From: the human T2T-CHM13v2.0 reference genome, Homo sapiens
Assembly (NCBI RefSeq): GCF_009914755.1
Contig: NC_060935.1
Length of the DNA stretch: 64,000 nucleotides
Strand: one strand, 5' to 3'
Every line of letters begins with the position of its first letter. Positions within the stretch are counted from its first letter, which is position 1. This document shows, one piece after another, positions 14,243 through 24,723 of this stretch. The notes under the pieces were generated by a model. It had not been told where the DNA came from. It was given only the letters and a program-made list of their open reading frames with translations, and did not search any database. The translations under genes and the position numbers were made by a program.

Positions 14243-14353
14243 CCCTGCTCTCCCTTGAGTTCATTTCTTTCCTAGGAGGTAGTGCAGCTCATAAGGAGAG
14301 ACCTGGACCAAGAGCTGGACTTCCTTTGGTCTGATCTCAGGCATGTATGAGCT
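14243..14353 (+). repeat. Local duplication, copy B (111 bp)
   Basis: Ungapped 98/111 match to 13012-13122. Confidence 0.9.
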
Positions 14354-15174
14354 AGAAGGACCAGGAAGCAATGACTGATACGATAAAAAGAAGCTCCTTC
14401 TCACTCAGCAGGACCCATGAGCTCCTGCTGGAAGCAGAACGAGAAGGTGGGCCAGCAACGGGTAATCAGCGAAACCAATGGCTGTTCCTTCCTTGCTCCC
14501 CAGCGCCTCTCATACATGCAGCCTTGCTGGCGGCTCCGCACTTATCTATTGTTTTGAACTAACAATTTGGAGAAGAGGAAGCAAGAGTAAGTGAGAAAGG
14601 AGGAAAAGCATAAAGTAGAAAATAAAAGGGGGTAGAAGGGAAGACAGAAGGTCAGCATTTCAAGTGGCATAACCTCTGTGAGGCTTGGCAGGCCAGGGCA
14701 GGCACAGAAAGCCTTTTCCTTCTGGCCCGGCTGGGAAGGCGAGTTTGGGCTCTGCAGCTCTGTGGAGAGGGCGGTGATCGGGCAGAGGCACCGAGGGCTG
14801 ATTCCTCGGGGTTGACCATTCTGTGTCTGGGAGTGATGGCCCTAACGTTAGGCCCAGCCTACTGCTGGCTAAGCTTATGACATGTGGCATCAAGAAGCCA
14901 GGTGGAGAATGGGAGGAAGGCAAGCTCTGTGTGCAGCAGAGAGGACAGGAAGTTCAAGGACACCTGTGATCTCAAGATGAGAGCAAGGACTGCGTAAATT
15001 TAGGGACATCCATCAGGGCCAGCGGTGTAGTAAGAGAACTCCCTAGCACAACCCAGCTGATCTCTCACGGTGGGTTCCATGATTGCCATCCCCATTTTAC
15101 AGATGGAAAACTGAGGTTCAAAGATTCAGGACATTTCAGGGCTGCTTACTCGCCCACTCATGCACTCCCAAGCG

Positions 15175-15470
15175 TGGATGGAGAACTTACGTCTCGGGCC
15201 CTGGGCTGGGAACGGTGAAACTTGCAGATGTGAATGAGCCACAGCCTGTGTCCTCCACGGGCTTCAGAGCTAACAGGGGAAATGGCATCCGAACAAATAA
15301 AGAGAATGTAAAACACCACAGGGGAAAGAATTGGGAAAGAGGAATGAGCAGAACACACGGAAGAGGATAGGAGGGGTAAAGTCTGATCTGGTAGGAACAG
15401 GGGGCACTTCACAGAGGGGTGATATCTGAGGTGAGCCTTGAAGAAAAGAGAGATTTCTAACAAGTGAGCG
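15175..15470 (-). mobile_element. L2 fragment
   Basis: Contains gggggcacttcacagaggggtgatatctgaggtgagccttgaag, typical antisense L2 sequence. Confidence 0.55.
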
Positions 15471-15924
15471 AGGCCCGCAGGGGAAAGGCAGGCCCCACGG
15501 AGAGGGCCCGGGCGCTGCGGCTGCGTCTTCCCGCCTCCCCGCCCACAGCCACGCTCACAGCACACGGAGGCTGCGGGCTCGTGTCCAGCTCATGGAATAG
15601 TCGCTGAGACAAGGCACTTGGGCAAAAAGTACCCGGCTGAGGAAATTCCCCCAAACAGAGACACAGGACGTCCTAGTGGCCTTGGCCCCTATGTCCCCCG
15701 ATCTCCATGTCTTTCTCCTCCGAGGAATCCCTCACGATTTAGCCCTTTGCCTGACTTTATTAGCCAAATACCTGGTTTCAAGTATTAAGAACACCTGAAA
15801 AACTTTATCCCCCAGTACATCTACTTTGTTATGTTTCCAACATTAAAATTTTAATTTTATTAATTTTTATAATTGGTTTCATATGATGCAGACATAAAAC
15901 AAGAGTCAAAAGGACATATAAGGA

Positions 15925-16219
15925 AACCAGGCATGGTGGCTCACACCTGTAATCCCAGTACTTTGGGAGGCTGAGGCAGGCAGGTCACCTGAACTCAGGA
16001 GTTTAAGACCAGCCTCACCAACATGGTGAAACCCCACCTGTACTAAAAATACAAAAATTAGCGGGGCATGGTAGTAGGTGCCTGTAATCCCAACTACTCA
16101 GGAGGCTTAGGTGGAAGGATCACTGGAAGCCAGGAGAAGGAGGTTGCAGTGAGCCAAGGTCATGCCACTGCATTCCAGCCTGGGTGGCAGAGGGAGACTC
16201 CGTCTCAAAAAAAAAAAAA
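15925..16219 (+). mobile_element. AluS
   Basis: Full-length. TSD aaaaggacata at 15908-15918 and 16220-16230. Confidence 0.92.
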
Positions 16220-16559
16220 AAAAGGACATAAAGAAAAGTATTCCTCCCATCTCTGCCATGGGCCACTTAGCCCCTCTTCCTGTTCCCAAATATTCTCAAT
16301 ATTACCAGGGCCTTGAGTATTTTTTTCTGAGACTTTCTACTTGCATGTCCTTTTTAAAAAGAGAAATACCTTCATCCACTGAAATACATTTTCTGGGCTA
16401 TTTTAGACCTTCCCTGCGGGGAGACAAGAAGGAACAGTACGTAATTCCTGGCCCATGTGGAAGAGCAAAATCCTCCTTAAGACTCTACACACAATTGCGC
16501 AACGTTCGTCCTCAGTAATCTAGCTCATCTTGTTTGCGTTATACGCATCCTCTCTTGCA

Positions 16560-17045
16560 ATGCTCTCAGTAACCTATGGCCAGCGCTACTGTCATTATCC
16601 CCATTTCCCAGATATGGAAACTGAGGCTCAGAGAGGTTCAGAAACTTTCCTCTCTCACCAATCTAATAGGTGGCAGCATAAGGATTTGAACCCAGGCCTG
16701 TCACATTGCACATCTTTCATCTTTTTTTTTTTTTTCCTAAACGGAGTCTCACTCTGTTGCCTAGCAGCATGATCTTGACTCACTGCAACCTCTGCCTCCT
16801 GGGTTCAAGTGATCCTCCCACCTTAGCCTCCCAGGTAGCTGGGATTACAGGCGTGCACCACCACACCTGGCTAATTTTTATATTTTTGGTAGAGACAGGG
16901 TTTCACCATGTCAGTCAGGCTGATCTTGAACCCCTGGCCTTAAGTAATCTGCCTACCTCAGCCTCCCAAAGTGCAGGGATTACAGAGTGAGCCAGCGTGC
17001 CCAGCCCAGACTGCACATCTTTGAGTCTTAACCACTACACAACTG
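16560..17045 (-). mobile_element. MIR interrupted by an Alu
   Basis: cccatttcccagatatggaaactgaggctcagagagg...ggatttgaacccagg, resuming as cttaaccactac after the Alu. Confidence 0.75.
16722..17006 (-). mobile_element. AluS
   Basis: TSD tgcacatcttt at 16707-16717 and 17012-17022. Confidence 0.9.
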
Positions 17046-18519
17046 TTTCTAGAAAAAGGAAGTGGAAAGCACTTTGGATTTGGCAGAGCAAAAGCGAGAG
17101 AACCTGCACAGAGCAGAGCCTAAAATCCAGTCTCCCACTCAGATGTCCAGGGAGAAATCCACCTGCAGAGAACATCCCAAGTTTCTGCATGAGATTGTTC
17201 TCCCCCAGCTCAGGGTTTGCACTGCATTTGGAGCAGGGGAGAGAGCTATGCCAGGAAACAGAACCGCTGCACACAGAGAAATGTCTTCTGGGCAGCCTGA
17301 GTCAACAGGCCTCCCATGGGCAAACGCCACCAGAAGACCAGAGCTGGTTTTCAGGGAGGCTGCACTGAGAGACCCACCTTCCTGGACCTGATCCATCATA
17401 GCTGCCTTCCTATGGGCCCTGAAAAGATCTATGTAAACCCCCATACACAGCGCCACTTGGCACTAATGGCTTCAGGGTAGAAATGCCCTGGTCACTCCGA
17501 GGACCCAGGGCAGGGTTTTCCAGCAGCCTAGGAGGAGCCTCTGAGCAGAGAGGGTTCTAGGAAGAGCTTGGCCATCATGCCAGACAGAGATGATTGCACT
17601 AATAAGGAGAGAGGTGGCCGGCCAGAGCCCTCCTTTGGCCCCAAGCCTCCAGTTAATGAGACTTCACAGGGAGAAAGGGCCTCTCGGGTGAGGCGGGTGG
17701 AGCCACAGAGGCCACAGAACAGCTGGAGGCCAGCAGTCACTGAGGCTGTTTATTAGGAGACAAAGAAAGAACTTTGCTCCCTGCACTGAGGTCAAACTCA
17801 AGGTATCCCAGGGAAATGACAGGGGAATTGATGAAGTAAGGAGGCAGCCAGTTTGACAAGTTGTTGGCTGGCCCCTGCTCCAGCAGTGTGGTCTCAACCT
17901 GTGCCCCCCACCCCTCCAACAACCAAAGTCCTGGAAAGCACTCACCTTAGTGGAGCAAGATTCTCCCCAGCAAGCAGGCCAAGTCCCCAGGCTTCCAGGC
18001 CACTGGGTGGGCTTCTAGCAAATGATGCACACCCGACCACCAGGCAGGGAAGGGGAATGGAGAAGACAGTGGCAGCTATTTCCTGGGCTCCCACAGAAGT
18101 TCCAAACCACCTCCACGCACTTGCCAACCCACCTCCAGTTCAGACACATGCAGATTTTGCTCAGGGCTAGAATGTCCCTGAGGTAAGTAAACAGCCTTTG
18201 GTGACGGTTGTGGCGGTCTCTGCCTCTGGGGACAGGCAGCTGAGTCCCAGTTTTGAATGAGCAGGACTGCCCCCCACACCATCCCGACATCCTTGGATGT
18301 ATAAGGAGGGAGGGGTGTGGAGCTTGCATAGGATAGAGTGGATTTTCTGGGAGTCTGAGTGGGAGGAAATTCAAGCACTGCATTGTGGGGCACAGGAGAG
18401 ACAGACTGGGGGGAGACATGTGCATTTACATTATTTACAGAATGGAAATTCAGACACTTGAGTCACTTAAGTGGCAGGTTTCCATGAAAATTAGGTTTCT
18501 ATTTTTTTAATAAAAGAAA

Positions 18520-18646
18520 GGAATATGTGTGTGAGAGCCTGTGTGTATGGTGTCTTGCACAAGTGAGTGTTTGTGTGAGTCTGTGTGTGGACAGCAACCC
18601 GCAAGAGTGTGTGGGTTTGAGACCGTCTGTGTATGGCATCTTGCAT

Positions 18647-18691
<45 letters not shown>

Positions 18692-18980
18692 CGCACCTGT
18701 GTATGGTGTCTTGTATAAGTGTTTTTGTATGGTATCTTGCATGAGTGTGCGAGAGACCGTCTGTGTATAGTGTCTTGCGTGAGTACATGACTGCGTGTGA
18801 GCGTGTGTGCATACAGTGTCTTGTATGACTGCATGTGTGTATGGTGTCTTGTATGACTGTGTGTGTATGGTGTCTTGTATGACTGTGTGTGTGTATGGTG
18901 TCTTATATGACTGTGTGTGTATGGTGTCTTGTATGACTGTGTATGGTGTCTTGCTTAGTGGGTGAGTGTGTGTGTGAGTG
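18520..18980. repeat. TG-rich minisatellite (~24-28-bp unit gtgtatggtgtcttgtatgactgt) with embedded (GT)17(GC)6
   Basis: About 11 degenerate copies of the core tggtgtcttg. Microsatellite at 18649-18694. Confidence 0.9.
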
Positions 18981-19614
18981 CAGGGAGTGGGGTAGGGCAG
19001 AAGACGGTGATAAGAAAGGCAGTATCTTCTTTGCCTGCATACTAAGTTCAACACATGCACCCATACCCATACAAAACCCAGGAATTTTCACCTTTAACAA
19101 GATAGAAACACAACTCAAGATGGACCTCTCTGGCCATGTCCCCCAGAGTGTAACTTCTCTTCCACATGGGGTCTGTTCTTCCTCCCTCCCCACAGCTTTT
19201 CAGCTGGGAAATTGATACCCACCTCCCATGAGCAGCCTTTCTAAGCGACCGGGAGCTCCCTGCACCCTCAGCCTGACCTTCCCGTGCTGAGCCTGGGCCC
19301 CTGGCCCCAGCGGGGCGGCCAAAGCTGCCGCCAGGGCCCATCCATCAGGCTCAGCACAGCCTCCCGCCCTCGCCTGCCCCCACCACATCCAGCCTGTAAG
19401 TCAGCAGGCCGCCGAGAGGGACCCCCAGGGCCTATCTGCCACCACTGCCCCCTCAGCACCCCCCTCGGCGTAACAGCTACTGGGCAGAGGAAAGTAATGA
19501 TTCCTCCCCTCCCAGCCTCCTCCTTCTAAAGCTGACAGCCTCTCCCTCCTACCTGGTGACCTGCTGAGATCTGCTGAGACCAAAGCTGCAGGCCAAAGAT
19601 AAAAAATGCCTGGC

Positions 19615-19690
19615 TATTGACTAAGACACAATAAAGGGCCAATTTGCATGTTATTTGCATACCAAGTTAATGTCAAAATGGAATGAGCCC
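19615..19690. promoter_or_regulatory. Candidate enhancer (SOX-like, tandem octamer, TEAD)
   Basis: ACAAT 19628-19632; ATTTGCAT 19642-19649 and 19653-19660; TGGAATG 19679-19685. Confidence 0.45.
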
Positions 19691-21163
19691 CCGTACCGCT
19701 GCAGCTTTCCTCAGTGGCCCTTATCCTCAACCTTTCTCTGCAGGCCCTGCACGGGGCAGGGGTCTCTTTCAGGCCTGTTGATGGCAGGGGTCTGATCCCA
19801 GCTGGGCTGCGGCACATGGTAAGCCGCCCAGAGGGCACCTCTCCACTGTGTCCTCGGCGGCCCCTGCCTCGGCACACTTTCTCAGCACCCTGAGAAAGGC
19901 CAAATCCCATGCTGGCCTCTTGCCCCCGCCCACTGCGCCCCACGCCCCACCTGCTGTGTTTGTGCAGGGGTGGAGGGAACATAATGAGAGGCTGATGTTC
20001 CTGCAGCTGGGCTGTGTTTGGAGTCTGGTGGAGTGAGGGGAGGGCAGCAGGGCAGGTCGGGGCAGCAGGACGGAGGGCCAGGCAGGGCCGCAGAGCCTCA
20101 GGGCCCAGCAGTAACAGCTCACACATGATTTTTCTCCCCACAATGTTCTCCACTCCAAGCCTGTGGGCCCCCAAGTCGGAAGCTTCCAGGACTGTAACAA
20201 GCTTTAGTTTATACACAAACAGCTGCATTTTCCTACTACCGTTTACTGCAAGGGAGCCAGCGCAGCATCCTCTCAGCTTTGCTTGGCCTCAGCAGTGAGT
20301 TGAAGCTCGGCTTGGCCAGCCTGGGAGAGCAGGGACGGCAGGGCCTGTGGATGGGACGCATCACAGGTGGGTCCTGAGCTCTGGGGTCTGTGATTCAGTT
20401 TCTCCTCCCCCAGTTCCCCAGATTCCCTGTCCCCTTGGACTTCGGTGTGTACTTACTCCAGCATCCCTCATCTCACCCGCGTATAAATACAGAGAAGGAA
20501 AAGAGTTTCAGAACGGAGGCAGTCGTTTCAGAATGAGTTGGATCATTTGCCAGGTGAAAGGACCGCCCGTGATGTCCTATAGTGCCTTGGTGTGCCATCA
20601 CCTCCAGGCAAGGGTGGCACACGGGAACTGTGCATGTCCCCTCCCCTTCCACACTTCACTGCAGCCAACCAAGGCTTTGCTTCCCGGTAGCCTCTCCCAA
20701 GGCCCAAGGCGGCCTGGCTGACAAAGGACAGATCACTGCCCCAAGGAAAGGGCATGGAGAACAGTGGCCCATGTGAGAGAGGGGTGTGTGGACAGAGGGG
20801 GCATCTGAGGACAGGAGGCGAACCCAGCTCTGATGTGGTAAGGGCTCTCACAGCCCTGCAGTCCCCACACCCAGTCACCCTGCAGCAACCAGGCGAGGAG
20901 GAGGAAGAAGGCTCCGTCCAAAGTGGGGCTAAGCTTGCCTCTTCTGACCTATAGCATCAGAGAATGGTGACCCTACCCATGCCGCCCCGCCGACCACAGT
21001 TAGGCCCCTTTGGAGCGGCGTGGGGTGGGGACCCAGCAGGGTTGGCAGCATCCGCTTCAGGGCTGCACGCTGAACAAAAGCAGGGCGAGCTGGAAGCAGA
21101 TGCTGGCACCTAACAGAGCAAACAAGTCACTCCACCTCTCTGTGCTTCCGTTTCCCCCTGCCC

Positions 21164-21870
21164 TTTTTTTTTTAATACTTGAAGTTCTAGGGTACATGTG
21201 CACAATGTGCAGGTTTGTTACATGTGTATACATGTGCCATGTTGGTGTGCTGCACCCATTAACTCGTCATTTACATTAGGTATATCTCCTAATGCTATCC
21301 CTCCCCCTCCCCCCACCCCATGACAGGCCCTGGTGTGTGGTGTTCCCCATCCGGTGTCCAGGTGTTCTCATTGTTCAATTCCCACCTATGAGTGAGAACA
21401 TGCGGTGTTTGGTTTTTTGTCCTTGCGATAGTTTGCTGAGAATGATGGTTTCCAGCTTCATCCATGTCCCTACAAAGGACATGAACTCATCTTTTTTTAT
21501 GGCTGCATAGTATTCCATGGTGTATATGTGCCACATTTTCTTAATCCAGTCTATCACTGATGGACATTTGGGTTGGTTCCAAGTCTTTGCTGTTGTGAAT
21601 AGTGCCGTAATAAACATACGTGTGCATGTGTCTTTATAGCAGCATGATTTATAATCCCTTGGGTATATACCCAGTAATGGGATTGCTGGGTCAAATGGTA
21701 TTTCTAGTTCTAGATCCTTGAGGAATCGCCACACTGCCTTCCATAATGGTTGAACTAGTTTACACTCCCACCAACAGTGTAAAAGTGTTCCTATTTCTCC
21801 ACATCCTCTCCAGCACCTGTTGTTTCCTGACTTTTTAATGATCGCCATTCTAACTGGTGTGAGATGGTAT
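21164..21870 (-). mobile_element. L1PA (about L1PA4-6) 3' fragment inserted in a MIR
   Basis: Uninterrupted ORF2 C-terminus [34 protein letters not shown]...[11 protein letters not shown], plus 3' UTR and poly-T. MIR halves flank it (~21115-21160 and 21871-21995). Confidence 0.95.
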
Positions 21871-23545
21871 TTTCCCCTCTTACAATCAGGATAAAGAAAC
21901 TCCTTCCTGTGGTTGTAGCAAGAGTGAAATGTGTAACCTATGTGAAGCACTTGGAATGGGCCAGGCACACAGCAGACACTCAATAACAGCAGCTGTTAGA
22001 TCTCAGCAAGGCGGGGCAAGGAGCATGAGAGGGCGGCTGGGGAGAAGGGAAAGGAAGGCTTGAGGCAGACACTGGCCTTGCTGCCTCCATCTGCACACTG
22101 TGAGTGACCTGCCAGGTGCAGCGGCTGTGATCACCTCCAGGAATCTCCTGGCCCTCTTCTCAATCTTCCTTTAGAAAAACAGCCAGAGGAATCAAATCTC
22201 CTCTCTCCACTGGGGTCCTTCAGCCCCGGCTGCCCACCCCCTTGATTCTGCTGTCCAGCCCCTAAGGAGAAGGTATGGATTTTGGAGGCAAACAAACCTG
22301 GGTTGAATTCCCTATTCGGCCTGGAGTGGGCTGTGTGGACTTGAGCAGGTCTTCACACCTGGCAGGAACGCGACCACCGCCGGAGAGCCATCAGGCCCTT
22401 GGGACGATCGGGGTGCCCTCCCCACAAATCCCCAGCTCTGTGTGACCCAGGACAAGTGGCCCAGCCTCACACAGGCAGATTCTGCTCAGATCAAAAGCAA
22501 TCACGAGCACAGGGCCTCAGGGCGATGGGCAAGACATGGGACCCCAGGATTGCTACAGTGTTCACTCGGAGGAAGCAGGAGCCTGGCTAATTCCCCGCTC
22601 ACTGGCAGACTTTTCCAGGGGCGGCACGGCCAAGAAACTTCAGGTCCCTGCCACGAGGAGTGCGGGGGAGCGCGGAGCAGCTCACAGGAATGGCATCTTA
22701 TGCCTTCCAGAAAGAGTGAGATTGATGGCACTTTTCAGGCCTCAATGAATCACACTCCCATGTGACCGCCTTAGCCTCCTGGCAGCAGATGTACTCAGCA
22801 GTCACTGTCCTCAACAACAGCACGTTTCTCACACACCCAGATGCACACGCATTGGCCGAGGGTCTTCCCAGGAGGCACTCATGACCCAGCACCCGCGGCT
22901 TGAAGTGCACGTATGCAAACCGGCACAGCCCGTGCCTATGTCAGGCATAGCTGCGGCCAGCTGCAGCTCCTGAGACCCAGGCTGGGGCCCCAGGGCACAG
23001 AATGCCCAGCGGACCGCAGCTCGGACAAGTTCCCGGCCCCTCTGCCCTAACCCCTTCCCTGCAGAGAGAGTAGGCAGAGGGAGGGGCAGCCTGAGGGAGA
23101 AAACAAACTTCAGACTCATTATCCCCAGGCCCAATCTCTGCTCTCAGCACAAATAAAGGTCTCTAATCCGGAGTGAAAAGCAAACACAGCTCCCCTCTTC
23201 TCCCCCTGTCTCCTCCCATCAGGCTCGGGGCCCTGGCTCCTGTTTTCAATACAAATATTCAATTAAACTTTCCTAGAGGGTCCAGTAATTGGGTCCCAAA
23301 GGCAAAGGTTCCCATAGACAGAGTGAGACCCCGAGACAGTGAGACCCAAGAGGGGCAGACGTACCCGGCGACAGAGAGCAACAGGCAGACCGGGAGACCA
23401 GGCAGAGAATGGGAGGCCCCAGAGGGAGGGGTCTCAGATTTGCCCGGTAATCAGGAAACCCTTTCCTAGAGCTCTGTGCCCTCAAACTCTAGCTTCCTCT
23501 GAACTGCCCTGAGAGAGGAAATGAATCTTCAAGAACAGACCACAG

Positions 23546-23869
<324 letters not shown>

Positions 23870-24418
23870 TCACAGCCATCTTCTTCATCAGCAGCTCTTG
23901 TTCCATCAGCCCTGAGCCCTTCCAGGGCCAACAGCCTCTCCTAGCATTTACCACATTTAAATCAAAACACTATAGTCCAGCCCAGCACCAAATCCTTTTA
24001 AGACCTCTCCACCTTTGATCTGAATTGCTACTACTATAATCACTCCTTTTCCTGCAGTTGCTTAAATGGAATGGCCTCAAAAGCAGAAAAATTTTTCTAC
24101 TCCTATGAAAAAACTGAGACCTGGAGAGGAGGAAAATCTGGCCCAAGGTCACCCTGCAAGTTAGCGCCTGAGCATGACCAGACCCCAAGGCTTCTGGTGC
24201 CCCGTAGATTATTTTTACCTGGTTACTGTCAGTCAAGCCTGGAGAGGGGATGTCTGAGTTCCAGCTCTAGCCCCATGACTGGTCAGCTGTAACACAAGGG
24301 AAAGAAACTCCATCCTCAGCAACTTCCACGGATCCATTTCCTTAATCAGAAACTTTCTCCTGCAAGCCCTGAGGACGCTTAAACACCTAAGACACCAGGA
24401 TTCAATAAATTAAGAAAT

Positions 24419-24723
24419 GGTCGGCTACAGTGGCTCACACCTGTAATCCCAGCACTTCGGGAGGCCAAGGTGGGAGGATCACTCAGAGCCAGGAGTTTGA
24501 GACCAGCCTAGGCAACACAGGGAGACCTGGCCTCTACAAACAAACAAACGAACAAAATAGCCAGATATGCCCTGTAGTCCCAGCTGCTTGGGAGGATCAC
24601 TTGAGCCCAGGAGTTTGAGGCTGCAATGAGCTATGATCCATGCCACTGCACTCCAGCCTGGGTGACAGAATGAGACCCTGTCACGCCTCTTCGACCCCGC
24701 AAAAAAAAAAAAAAAAAAAAAAA
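24419..24723 (+). mobile_element. AluJ
   Basis: J-type gagcccaggagtttgaggctgc; A23 tail preceded by 18 non-Alu bases. Confidence 0.88.

Noticed and set aside
18180-18188. Perfect splice donor GAG|GTAAGT (also CTG|GTAAGT near 39171)
   Set aside because: Isolated consensus donors are expected by chance in 64 kb, and I could not build a coding exon chain
18491-19060. 189-aa His/Thr-rich ORF
   Set aside because: Translation of the (CA)n-rich minisatellite
19614-20228. 204-aa minus-strand ORF
   Set aside because: GC-driven composition (Pro/Gly/Arg/Ala) and no homology recognised
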